From: Halocafeteria seosinensis
Taxonomy: Eukaryota
NCBI GenBank assembly: GCA_001687465.1
Contig: LVLI01000255.1
Coordinates: forward strand, 1-64,000
DNA: 64,000 bases
Direction: 5' to 3'
Positions 12,868 to 23,232 of this stretch are shown here, one piece after another. The notes beneath the pieces are model-generated. The model did no database searches, was not told the origin of the DNA, and was given only the letters and a program-made list of their open reading frames with translations. The translations under genes were made by a program, and so were the position numbers. Position 1 is the first letter of the stretch. Each line of letters opens with the position of its first letter.

Positions 12868-13455
12868 TTTGGTTCAGGTTCAGGCGTCGCCAATTGGAAA
12901 TACAACCAAACCTGTACAAGTTGTACAACTTGTACTGTACATAACCCTACCTGTCAATGTAGCGCCTTGTGAAGTAGGAAGGGTACTTGTACTACTACTT
13001 GTTCAAGTGGTCTGGAAGCATAGTCTATGGTTGTTAGTAAGTATGGTATGTCGACACTGTGCTAAGTCGAGGGAATAAAAGATAGGCACACCAAATGAAA
13101 ACAACAACTGAACGATGGAAGCAGCCAACAACAACGAGAACGTCAATGCGGAACACAGTGTGGGCGGTGCGCGTGTGTGTTCCGGATGAGTTCGATCGGA
13201 TCCACTGGACGGCACCGGTAGATTCGATTCAGATGAAGACTCATGGAACGGTCCATGAGCGTTTTGTAGGTGTTGTCTAGTATGGGCACCCTAGCTGTTT
13301 GCCGCGCACGAAATTGTACATGTATTGTACCACAACGGAGGACTGATGACTTTGGGTCCATCTGGTCTGAGCAAGGAGATTTAGGGAATCGGTGTCTTCC
13401 AGTCTCCATGACGAAAGCCAAGATTCCCAATCGATGCTAACTGGTACCACTCACC

Positions 13456-13533
13456 GGCGAATACCGCTCCTCGCTAAGAGATTGCGGCCAATTTCCTGGC
13501 CAGTGGGCTATGTGTCACATAGCCCACCGGCCA
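13456..13533. repeat. Dispersed repeat copy B ending in an 18-bp inverted repeat with a 1-nt spacer
   Basis: tggccagtgggctatgtg-t-cacatagcccaccggcca (13497-13533, one mismatch); upstream part homologous to 70-135. Confidence 0.75.
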
Positions 13534-13792
13534 AGCTATTTTGATATGATTGGAGGGGGGATGACTGTCATCCGATGACAGCAAGAGTTCTTCGGGGTGT
13601 GTAGGCCGCGCATAGCGACTGTACCACGGAGAATCAGTGTGTGGAGCGGATTTCGGACCGGTAGACCGTGATTCTTCCCAACAACTGTACTAGTTATCTG
13701 TATGTGCGCTTTCTAGTCTTTGCTCGGTGTATTGCTCGTAGGCCCATAGTACACGCTTGCAGCTTACTTTACTATTTGTTTACTAAAGGAAG

Positions 13793-16700
13793 CTATCGCG
13801 ATGTATTTTCTGCTTGAGGACCTTCCCATTTCTTCAGATCGACAAGCTCGAGCCAAGGAATAAATTTGTATCCTTGCGTGTTATACCATTCGACCATCTG
13901 CCCATAGCTCACTCGCACTTCCTTGAGGTTACTCGACGTACACCTACCAATATCCCGGGCAATATTTCGACCCACAGCTAAACTAAGCTCTGCTAGTTTC
14001 TGCGGGAATCCAGCGTTACGATATTCATCACTGAGACTTAAAATTGCAAGCAACAACGAAGCGAAGAACCTCCCCATTTCCGCTTCCGAGAGTCGGTGTG
14101 AGTCTGCAAATGCTTTGCTGTTGGAGAGAATACCGAATTCCGTAAAAGCAGTCATCAGCTTCTGACTCTTTTTGCAATCTGATAGGATTATCAACGCACA
14201 TGCAAGCTCTTCCGCAAGGAGTGATCCTTCCGCCAGATCGGGGCTGTGAACTTGGCACAGCGCAGAACAGTAAGCCACAAGGCTCCCTACAATGTCGCTA
14301 CAAGCGCCCGTGTCCTTTGGGGAGGCTTCTTTGCGAAGAATCCGCTTCGGTAGTGCTTCTTGTACTCGTTGGGAGTCTAAGACATTGTCAGGTACCTCTA
14401 TATCCACGGATTTACTCCTGCTGGATTTGAGGAGTTGTCTTAAGCCATTTGTATCATGAAGGATACCGCTGTCTAAAGCTGCTCGTAAGGCGCGAGCATT
14501 TTCTGAGTCACCGTAAGTGAACTGAATCGTATGTTCTATACCACTCACGTGGACATCAAACACGAACACAGGAACATCCGAATCTAAATACCCACTCAAA
14601 TTGTGCTCACTATCCACATCGTTTGCCTCATGTTCAGAGAAGGTTAAATCACTTGCCTCTCCAGCAGAGCCGTCGCGGGTATTAGTGTCCAAAGCGGAAC
14701 TACTAGGCCATTTCTTCGTATCAATGAATTCAAGCCAAGGTATAAGTTGGTAACCGACATTGTTATACCAGCCGCCAAACTCTTCGAAAGACATTCCTTC
14801 AGAAAACTGGGCGCGTAAGGTTCCGACGACAAAGTCGCAGTGGGCTAACAAAACAGCACAACCGTCAGACCGGCTGAAGAACTCTTCGGAGAAGGATGCT
14901 ACCGCCGCAAGAAATCCGCCTAATATGGAAAGTATGCCGTCCGAGCCTATTCTTCTGGAGTCTCCGCTACAGGCCTCATTCCAGCAGAATAGTAGTTTTT
15001 CGCTCTTCGAGCCGCGGCAGAGTACAGAGAGAGCACACAACACCCGTAGAGATCCGGGTGTCTTAAAAATACCGCACAGCTGTTGATAAATCCGGTTGAA
15101 GTGATAGCTGAGAAATATTTTTTCCTTTTCTCCAATGTCCGTCCCCGGGATAAGAAGCCTCAGTAAAGCATTATACTCCCGTTTCGAAGTGATGTCCCCA
15201 ACTCTCGAGGCTGCGTCACTTAGCGTATTTACACCTATCTTGACCAAGTCAGATACTTTGAGAAATCTGCTGTGAGCAGCACAGTCTTCTGAAGTGAACC
15301 GAACGGCACTTTTTCCCCAGCGCTCAGTGGCCAAGTTGAATTCGAAAATGAATCTGTCGGACTCGTTTTCTACTCGACATTGTTCCCCGCTTTCTTTATT
15401 CCAATAGCTAGGAGACCACTTGCTTACATCCAACAGCTCGAGCCAAGAAGCTTTCTCTCCACCACAGTCGTTATACCACTTCGCAAACTCTTCCCAAGTA
15501 ATATGCTCCCCATTATTATCATTACATTCGCTAACTATGGATATAGCCAGCTCCATCATCGCATCAGAGACATTTCGAGACAGCGCGACCGACCGCTCAT
15601 GTGCAATAATGATCGAGTAATCAGGAATCTCGGACGGTTCTTCATAAACCAATGAAGCCGCCGAGCCAATACCGACAACGGCTGAAACAAGAAGTCTCCA
15701 AAGCTCCGCATCGCTTATTGACTTTTCTTCACCAGTACCAAACACCGCAAAAGCAGACCTCAATTTGTCACTTTTAGATCCCGAGCATAAGAGCGAAACA
15801 GCCACCGAAAACTCCATTGCATCCACTCCACCACTTTCGGACTCATCATCGAGGGCGAAAAACACCCGCGTAACGAATTTCTTCAGTAAATAAGGATCAC
15901 CAAGTTCTGCGTTAACCAAACTCCTTACAGCGTCCGCAGGCAGAGTGCTGTCCTCGGCCTCCATTTCCTGAAGACCACGATGTAGTTCCATGCTCGATCG
16001 ACTATTCAATCTCGTAGAGCCTACTAGGGCATGAACTTTCTTCGTTGTTGCTGAGTCTATTCGGAGGCTTGATTCGTCCCCAAAGTAGATGACGATTTCT
16101 TCGTCATTCTTTGAAATTCCGGGTGATAACTTCGTTAGATCTGAGAATAACCATTTGCCGGGGTCCAAATACTCTAACCAAGGAGCGACGGTAGTGCCTT
16201 GGTTATTGTACCAATTTCCGAAGTCATCGTACGTCAGTGTTGTACTAGATATACTATCTTTAATCGAGCGCATGGCATAGTCTACACCGCGGCGCACCTT
16301 GTTCCAGAGGTCTTGCTTCCTTCGACCATCTGGATGTTGCTGCTCAAGAAAAAGACATAGCCCGCTTACACCGGAGAAACAACTCTGCAAAATACGCCTC
16401 AATTGTTGCCTTGTAACACCCTGTCTCCCTCCGACTTCGGAAAAAATGTACGATAATTTGTCACTCTTGCTACCATGACATATAGGCGTTAACGCGCATA
16501 ACGCTAAGCTACGATTCATTTCCTCAGTGCAAATATTTGTCACAAATTCATGGAGTAATCGGAGCAAGTCTCTCCCGAAGATATCATCCGCTGGGAATTT
16601 AAGTATTGACGCAAAGCGGTCGGCATCGGGCTGGAGTTCACTTAGACTACCCGAAAGAAGCCTGTGCAGCTGGGTAATGTCCATAGAGGCCAAAGGCGAA

Positions 16701-19700
16701 GAAGCCAGGAAAACCGCAACTTGGCGCATTCGTTGCGGATCGATGGTAAATGCCTCTCGTACCTGCTTTCCAGCTAGTGATATGTTCAAGTTTAGATTGA
16801 TAGGAACGTGAACGTCTCCCTCTTCCTCGCTTTGCGGAGCACCATGACTTGCCTCTGGTGTCTGCACGCACTGAGCCCATTTTCTCAGGTCGAGAAGTTC
16901 CAACCAAGCCGCTCGGTGGTAGCCTCCACTATTGTACCATTCACCGAAATCACTGAACGACAGTTCTTCCTTGCCGGTTTCGGACAAAATACTGTCCACA
17001 AAAGTCTCACCTGACTTTTCAAGACTATCTGGGCCGATCCGCAACACTCTCCCAAAATAGTATAAGCTGGCGATGAGTGAAACGAACATTGTTTGCAACT
17101 CGTCCTTTCGCAGACTCTGCTTTTGGAACAAAGACCAGCAACACCTTAACTTTTCGCTTTTGCTTCCCGAGCAAAGCCATACCATTGCCATTTTCAAAGC
17201 AGTATATGACCGGAGACCTAGTCGAAACAGGAAACGCGCCCAGATACTGAAATATTCTAGCGTCACATGGGAGCTAAACGATTCTTCCACTTCGGTAGCA
17301 AAGTGTTGAACGAGCTGTTGGATGCCCTCGATTAGCCCCTCGTCGGACGACACTTGGTTTTCCACTACATTGGCCGAGAGCTCAGAATTCAATTTCTTCC
17401 AAAGCTCGGTAGCAGTGTACTGGCTAAACCCGCTCGCATGGACTGCGGACAAAAACAATTCAGCCGCAGAAACCCTCAGTGGCAGTGAAGGGAGATGAGG
17501 GAAATCAAACGTGCACAATACATCTTCATTCGCTGCCTCGGAAGGATGGCCAGCCCAGCTCTCAGAACTTCCCAAAGCCTCCGAGACAACGTCTCCCCAC
17601 TTTGAAAGATTAAGTAACTCCAGCCACGATACCCTGTCAAAGCCACCGCCGTTATAGTATTCCCCAAAAGCGTCAAAAGACAGACCACGATGCTGAATTC
17701 TCGCTTGGCTAAATACATCCTCAACAACATCCTGACAGGAGTCTTCGATTATTTCTTCTACAGTGTGCGGAGCCGCTCTTTGAGCTTCCCCTTGAAGTGC
17801 CAACACTCCTTTCAAAAGGGCTCGAATCAACGCGAAGAACTCGTGGCGACTTAGAACCCCATCACTATCCGAGTCCATAAGTTCCCATGCGACTGAGAGC
17901 TTCTCAGATTTGGATCCCCCACAAAGCAGTAAGAACCCTGTAATAAATTCATTTGCGTCTACAACTTCTTCGTACGTTTGGTCGAACGCAAAGAAAAAAG
18001 TATTCAGACTCAGTGAGAGGAACTTCTTGTTTTGATCATTCATTCCTCCCACATCAACGAGTTTCCTCATGGCCTTATTGAAGCTTCCTTTATCGAGAGT
18101 TTCTTCGACGCATTCCTCAAGGAGGACTTCCACAGCTTTTTCTGCCTGTATATTCCCAAGTTTGCTCAAATTCAACAATCGAGAAACGTTATTTACATCG
18201 GCATCGCTAAGGCTCAGTACATGCCCTTTAGAAGAAAGGTTGAATACTAGAGTGTCGTCATAGACTTCATCAGCCCCCTGATTTGCACTCTCAGTGATAC
18301 TTCCTTCGTTTTCTGAGACGGAATAACTCGGACTGCCAGTTGAGTTTCCGTGCTTTGGCCATTTTCGGAGGTCAAGCAACTCTAACCAGGGAGCCATTTT
18401 GAAGCCTTCCTCGTTGTACCACGCTCCAAATTGTTCGAAACTAAGCACTTCTCGCGTCACGTTGCCCTTACGATTGTAGTAAACAGCAGCCTCTGTTAAT
18501 TGAACACACGCTATGTCAACATCTTCGCACAAGGAAGCCAGCTCCTCACGGGAGAGCTGTTCTACAGCGAAATACTTCACCATCACAATACCAGTGAGGA
18601 AGCTTCTCAAAAGCCGCCAAATTTGGACTCGCTTCAGCGCATTATCATTATCATCATCTAGAAGTGTCCAGGCTGTACTAAGCTTCTCGGATTTACTACC
18701 GGACGCGAATATGCTCAGGCCAATGGTAAATTCCCAGAAAGACACCGCTTTAGATTTCGACCTATCGAAAGCCATGAATAGCCGGTCTAATGCTCGAGAA
18801 GCAAACACACTCTCTTCTCGTTCTAACTGTTGTGCATCTATGAGTCTTCGCATAACTTTGTGAAAGCTTCGCTGAGATATATGACCGGAGGAGGACCTGT
18901 CCAGCAAAAGCGTAACAATGGTGCCTACGTCATTAGAATCCAACCTTGTTATTCTGATAAACTCCTTTAAAGCCCGACAATTATCAAATGTGATGTACAA
19001 AAACCCGCTCTCGTCAGGATGACGTAGCTGTTGTTCGTCTAATTGTTGAGGGGACGGAGCCTCATGTGGCAGGACGACACGGTCGTCCCCATCCCTCGAT
19101 ACAGCAAGCACGGGGAATGGGAAGGCTATTTGGTTTTGCATTGAGTCAGGCTTGCCTGTTGACGTCATACTGTTCTTCACAAAATCCGTTTCAGCCTCTT
19201 GGCGAGGCCACTTATGGAAGGCCATCAATTCAAGCCAGGGTATCCTTTGATGGCCTAAATTGTTATACCACTGGCGGAAGTCTTCAAAGGAAACGGAACG
19301 CTCGGCGGTTTTGTTCTCTAAAGAGGACAATAGCTCTCGTGTGATTTCGCAGGAGGACTGGACTATTGTTTTAGCCCATGCGTCAACACCTGGTTTATTC
19401 TGAGACACAGTAACTGCAATGATGGGAACTAAGAAAGAACCTATCATTCTCTCCATATCTTTAGACGACACTTCTACCCTTTCTGCTTTATCTGGTTGTC
19501 CTATGGTCTGTAGAATGTTGTCTCCGTTGAAGACTGCAAATGAGAATGTTAGCTTCTCACTTTTGCTTCCAGCTACGAACATGCTCAGCGCAGTAGCAAT
19601 GCCATCTACCGGTGCTTGCTCACGGTTGCCGGTGGCCCATACAGCACGGTGCGACTCCAACCAGAAGATAGTATTAAATAACCCAGAAAGCCAGGCCTTA

Positions 19701-21535
19701 TCTTCTTTTGAGAATCCTGTCCCAGGAATTATTGCACGGATAAAATGATCAAAACTCTGTTTGTCAACCACTAGAAGTTGTGTATTCCTAGTAGCACGAT
19801 CCGCCGCTGGTAGAAGTTGACCGATGTATGTCTGGGCGAAGCTACTCACCGTAATTTTCGAGAGTCCCGTGATCTGGGCTGCTTCACGGACCATATCGGC
19901 ATGACGATCATTCAATTCCAGACTACTTCCGTCGTTCGTCAAAAGGAACGACAACGTGATGCCAGCGGAAGATTCCCCAGTCGCCATGTTCTGTGATGTT
20001 TCCATAAGTTGACTGGGAGCTGTCGACCGCAGAGACCATTTGGTGGGATCCAGAAGTTCTATCCACGAGAACCGGTCACATCCGCCACTATTGTACCACT
20101 GTGCAAAGTTGCCGAAACTTACGGTATCGCTTGTGGACTTGTCTCTATTCGAAAAGCGGAGAGCCGCCCTGGCAACGTTAGCAGCACACGACTCGATCGA
20201 CGCTAAACCTGTGTCACTGTCGAACGAGTCTGAAAAAATCCAAAGCATATTTAAGAACGATCGAATCATCAAAAATAAACTGGATCGACTGACAGTGATA
20301 TTCGCGCTCGACTCGCATTCAGCATCCTCAGCAAAAAGCTTGAAAGCAGCTTCCAATTTTTCACTCTTAGTTCCTTTGGATAGAATGAGAAACCCGCAGG
20401 CCACTTCTTTGGTTTCAACTTGCTCAATATCTAGCAAATCGAACGAGTCAAATACTTGCAAAAGAAACTCCCGCACTCGGTCTCTCTCCGCTCCTGTTAG
20501 TTGTTTGCTACATAGTTGATCGACACATTTCTCAAAGTTGTCCTTGAAAAGGCCCCCTAGTCGTTCGTATTCAGAAAAGCTTCTTATAATATCCTGTGGC
20601 CTCCATTGATTAAAGCCAACCACTGTATGCATGTATTGTAAGACTTGGAGTGTATTCCTAGAGATAACCATGGCATCACCATAATCCCCAATGTCGATTG
20701 AGAGCACTTCATCCGATTCATCATCGTCATTTGGGGGCGGTGCACTGGCTGTAACTTCACTTGCAGGTGGTGCCGGTGGACGTTGAGAAATATGACGATT
20801 ATTTTCCGTTCCAGTTGCAGTCCCAAAGGGCTTTTCTTGTGGCCACTTGTTAGTATCCAAGAGCTCCATCCACTCCACTGTTCCTGCACGCGCAGAATAC
20901 CATTTACCTAAGGCCTCGAAAGTTGCTCCCGCACTCCCGTGAGAGCCGTGCTTCCTCAAATCCTCTACGAGTTCACCAGCGGCATCATCAATGGTACGGA
21001 TAGTGGTAAGCCACGCTGTGCTTCGAGCGTGAGAGCTCAGAGCAAAGATTCCTGAGAGTAGGGATCGAAACAACCGCCAGAGTTCTGCGTCGGATAACAC
21101 TCCTTCTTCGTTGGAGCAAAACAACCCCCACAGGGTCGACAGTTTATCACTCTTGGATCCCGCAACATACACCGATAGAGCCGCGCATAGGTCATCAATT
21201 CGCACCCACCCAGTGGATACTCTGTCAAGCAGTTTGTAAACCGAGTCCAACAGTGGGATCACTGTTACTTCGTCAGAAGACTCAAGTAGATCTGGGAATT
21301 GCTCAAGGAATCTCATTCGATCCACACAGTTACCAGAGCAAATGTATTCCAGAAACTCATACATATCCACCACCTCAACCGCCGCCAAATCAGTCTTGTG
21401 CAAGACTTTGAGTGCTTCAGAGAAGTCATCATTGGCAAACGTTACGTACAGATCCGACTGTAAAGGCGACAGTTGAAAGCGATGATTCATGTCCTGTCTT
21501 GATTGTGCCATCATTTTTTTCACGTAAAATGACAC
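13793..21535 (-). CDS. Giant (>2500 aa) protein of ten tandem NCS/calcineurin-B-like EF-hand units; 5' end unresolved
   Basis: Ten copies of [GC]-[STK]-K-S-[DEQ]-K-L followed by W-Y-N-x2-G...W-[LIM]-E-[LFY]-[LIVM]-D-x2-K-W; EF loops such as DSDSDGVLSRHE. The track start is GTG and an acceptor-like cctttacag lies near 21460, so upstream exons are likely. Confidence 0.85.
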   Translation of the reverse strand: MSFYVKKMMAQSRQDMNHRFQLSPLQSDLYVTFANDDFSEALKVLHKTDLAAVEVVDMYEFLEYICSGNCVDRMRFLEQFPDLLESSDEVTVIPLLDSVYKLLDRVSTGWVRIDDLCAALSVYVAGSKSDKLSTLWGLFCSNEEGVLSDAELWRLFRSLLSGIFALSSHARSTAWLTTIRTIDDAAGELVEDLRKHGSHGSAGATFEALGKWYSARAGTVEWMELLDTNKWPQEKPFGTATGTENNRHISQRPPAPPASEVTASAPPPNDDDESDEVLSIDIGDYGDAMVISRNTLQVLQYMHTVVGFNQWRPQDIIRSFSEYERLGGLFKDNFEKCVDQLCSKQLTGAERDRVREFLLQVFDSFDLLDIEQVETKEVACGFLILSKGTKSEKLEAAFKLFAEDAECESSANITVSRSSLFLMIRSFLNMLWIFSDSFDSDTGLASIESCAANVARAALRFSNRDKSTSDTVSFGNFAQWYNSGGCDRFSWIELLDPTKWSLRSTAPSQLMETSQNMATGESSAGITLSFLLTNDGSSLELNDRHADMVREAAQITGLSKITVSSFAQTYIGQLLPAADRATRNTQLLVVDKQSFDHFIRAIIPGTGFSKEDKAWLSGLFNTIFWLESHRAVWATGNREQAPVDGIATALSMFVAGSKSEKLTFSFAVFNGDNILQTIGQPDKAERVEVSSKDMERMIGSFLVPIIAVTVSQNKPGVDAWAKTIVQSSCEITRELLSSLENKTAERSVSFEDFRQWYNNLGHQRIPWLELMAFHKWPRQEAETDFVKNSMTSTGKPDSMQNQIAFPFPVLAVSRDGDDRVVLPHEAPSPQQLDEQQLRHPDESGFLYITFDNCRALKEFIRITRLDSNDVGTIVTLLLDRSSSGHISQRSFHKVMRRLIDAQQLEREESVFASRALDRLFMAFDRSKSKAVSFWEFTIGLSIFASGSKSEKLSTAWTLLDDDNDNALKRVQIWRLLRSFLTGIVMVKYFAVEQLSREELASLCEDVDIACVQLTEAAVYYNRKGNVTREVLSFEQFGAWYNEEGFKMAPWLELLDLRKWPKHGNSTGSPSYSVSENEGSITESANQGADEVYDDTLVFNLSSKGHVLSLSDADVNNVSRLLNLSKLGNIQAEKAVEVLLEECVEETLDKGSFNKAMRKLVDVGGMNDQNKKFLSLSLNTFFFAFDQTYEEVVDANEFITGFLLLCGGSKSEKLSVAWELMDSDSDGVLSRHEFFALIRALLKGVLALQGEAQRAAPHTVEEIIEDSCQDVVEDVFSQARIQHRGLSFDAFGEYYNGGGFDRVSWLELLNLSKWGDVVSEALGSSESWAGHPSEAANEDVLCTFDFPHLPSLPLRVSAAELFLSAVHASGFSQYTATELWKKLNSELSANVVENQVSSDEGLIEGIQQLVQHFATEVEESFSSHVTLEYFSIWARFLFRLGLRSYTALKMAMVWLCSGSKSEKLRCCWSLFQKQSLRKDELQTMFVSLIASLYYFGRVLRIGPDSLEKSGETFVDSILSETGKEELSFSDFGEWYNSGGYHRAAWLELLDLRKWAQCVQTPEASHGAPQSEEEGDVHVPINLNLNISLAGKQVREAFTIDPQRMRQVAVFLASSPLASMDITQLHRLLSGSLSELQPDADRFASILKFPADDIFGRDLLRLLHEFVTNICTEEMNRSLALCALTPICHGSKSDKLSYIFSEVGGRQGVTRQQLRRILQSCFSGVSGLCLFLEQQHPDGRRKQDLWNKVRRGVDYAMRSIKDSISSTTLTYDDFGNWYNNQGTTVAPWLEYLDPGKWLFSDLTKLSPGISKNDEEIVIYFGDESSLRIDSATTKKVHALVGSTRLNSRSSMELHRGLQEMEAEDSTLPADAVRSLVNAELGDPYLLKKFVTRVFFALDDESESGGVDAMEFSVAVSLLCSGSKSDKLRSAFAVFGTGEEKSISDAELWRLLVSAVVGIGSAASLVYEEPSEIPDYSIIIAHERSVALSRNVSDAMMELAISIVSECNDNNGEHITWEEFAKWYNDCGGEKASWLELLDVSKWSPSYWNKESGEQCRVENESDRFIFEFNLATERWGKSAVRFTSEDCAAHSRFLKVSDLVKIGVNTLSDAASRVGDITSKREYNALLRLLIPGTDIGEKEKIFLSYHFNRIYQQLCGIFKTPGSLRVLCALSVLCRGSKSEKLLFCWNEACSGDSRRIGSDGILSILGGFLAAVASFSEEFFSRSDGCAVLLAHCDFVVGTLRAQFSEGMSFEEFGGWYNNVGYQLIPWLEFIDTKKWPSSSALDTNTRDGSAGEASDLTFSEHEANDVDSEHNLSGYLDSDVPVFVFDVHVSGIEHTIQFTYGDSENARALRAALDSGILHDTNGLRQLLKSSRSKSVDIEVPDNVLDSQRVQEALPKRILRKEASPKDTGACSDIVGSLVAYCSALCQVHSPDLAEGSLLAEELACALIILSDCKKSQKLMTAFTEFGILSNSKAFADSHRLSEAEMGRFFASLLLAILSLSDEYRNAGFPQKLAELSLAVGRNIARDIGRCTSSNLKEVRVSYGQMVEWYNTQGYKFIPWLELVDLKKWEGPQAENTSR

Positions 21536-22968
21536 AAATCAATAGGATCCACTGCAGAGCCTCGCACCGACATCCAACGGCTGGCAGAGCAGCTGCTGAC
21601 TGCGCTATTCCTTACAGTACTCTGACAAAAGATATTCTGCCCTGCAATATATGTCATACCAACCGTGTTGCGGACAATAGCGACTATATACAATGGTTCT
21701 AGACAAAGATTTTACACAGGACGCAGCACAAAAAGCCACGGGGAGCCCTCAAAGGGAAACTCGTAGGGAGCAAAAAAGGTGGCGGAGGGCCAGTATCTTG
21801 CGTTGTTTTCACATCATCCTTGGCCGTTGTTCCATACCCCTTGCCAGTAAATGCGATTGGCCAGCGGTGGATAACAATAACCATTTAACAAATTACCGAA
21901 AAGTACTTTGCAATGGTGCAAATGAACGACCGAAAATCCACCGCGAAAAGGAATTCAAACAAGGTCGTTAAACTCAAGAGCTTACCTTCTGTGCTAGAAT
22001 AGCAAACCTTTCCCACGGGCTCCGTTTGTGTTCTAAAGTTGCTCTTGAGCATTCTCTTTGAACTCACAACTGGCAAACGCGTGGAGAATAGAGAGAATGA
22101 GCCCATCAAGCCATGAAGCGAAACTACGGAAGGAAACAATCATTTCGCACACTTTTCAATGTAGCGTTCCATTTGGACCATTCCTTCCATCTCGTTTCGC
22201 TTTGCATTGCAATTTGGAATTGAATCAGTTGAATTGAATAAAATCAACGCTATATGCCACTCTTGCTCTTTGCTCCGGTTCTAAGTACTGGGTTAAGTAA
22301 GTAGTGGAGATGATGCAGAGCAGCCAGTACGGCCGGCTTGGGGATCCGCTTTCATACCTTAATGCACTCCAAGGCGGGTCTTTTTATTGTCGTGCGATAG
22401 GAGAGAGAGAGCAGTAAACCACCACGATCAGTTTTCTTCTGAAGAGCCACTGCTTCTATGAAGCTGAGACTGGTTTAGGCGCTCTACATCGCAGCGCAGC
22501 AGACACATGGACGAGCGAAGCCAAGGTAAGTGACTTCCCAACAAGAGTGTAGTGTTTTTCATGGCGTAGCACAAATCGTTAAGATCCTATCAGTAACATA
22601 CCGTATCGTGGGGTCTTTCCATCTTTGTGCAATAGTAATCGAGGTAGCGGTACTCGCGAGTTTTTGCTGTGGTAGCTCTTCCGAGCGATAACACTAGCGA
22701 CAGGTACGAATCCCTACAGTATGTTTACACTATGCTTTGTGTGGCATTACAGCGCGAGGAGAGATGTTGGAGAGGTGAGCCGTGGGCCTTGTGTGCACGG
22801 AGTAAGTTACCTTGCCCGTAGAGAGAACCTTGCAAGAATACCACTTAGACCGCTTATCCTATGTATAGCGATATCATTGCACTTAGCCATTATTCACTGT
22901 AGGCTAGTTGGTAGTCTATAGGTAGTTTAAAAGGAAAATCTCAAAAAGTCAAACAATAAAAAAAAGTA

Positions 22969-23052
22969 TGCAAGGGGTGGGATTCGAACCCACGAGTGCG
23001 AACACATGCGGACCTTAACCGCACTCCTTGGACCTGGCTCGGACACCCTTGC
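22969..23052 (-). tRNA. tRNA-Leu (AAG)
   Basis: Reverse strand GCAAGGG...CCCTTGCA acceptor stem, anticodon arm TGCGG-TTAAGGT-CCGCA, long variable arm, GGTTCGAATCC T-loop, downstream T-run (Pol III terminator). Confidence 0.97.
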
Positions 23053-23232
23053 ATAGTGAGACTCGTAAGTCTACAGAGGAAACTGGAGGCTGTTTTACAC
23101 ATCTATATTGCCCGGACACTGAAGTGACTCAGGAATTTCCTGCGATGGAACAGGCAAAATCCCGAACTGTCCGTGGATTGTGGTATGTAGTGTACGGTTA
23201 GTGTTTATATCACGTATCATCATCAAGGAGAA

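Noticed and set aside
13923..21228. Numerous 60-160 aa ORFs overlapping the giant EF-hand gene (similar shadow ORFs overlap other genes)
   Set aside because: Antisense or alternate-frame shadows of real CDSs with no motifs
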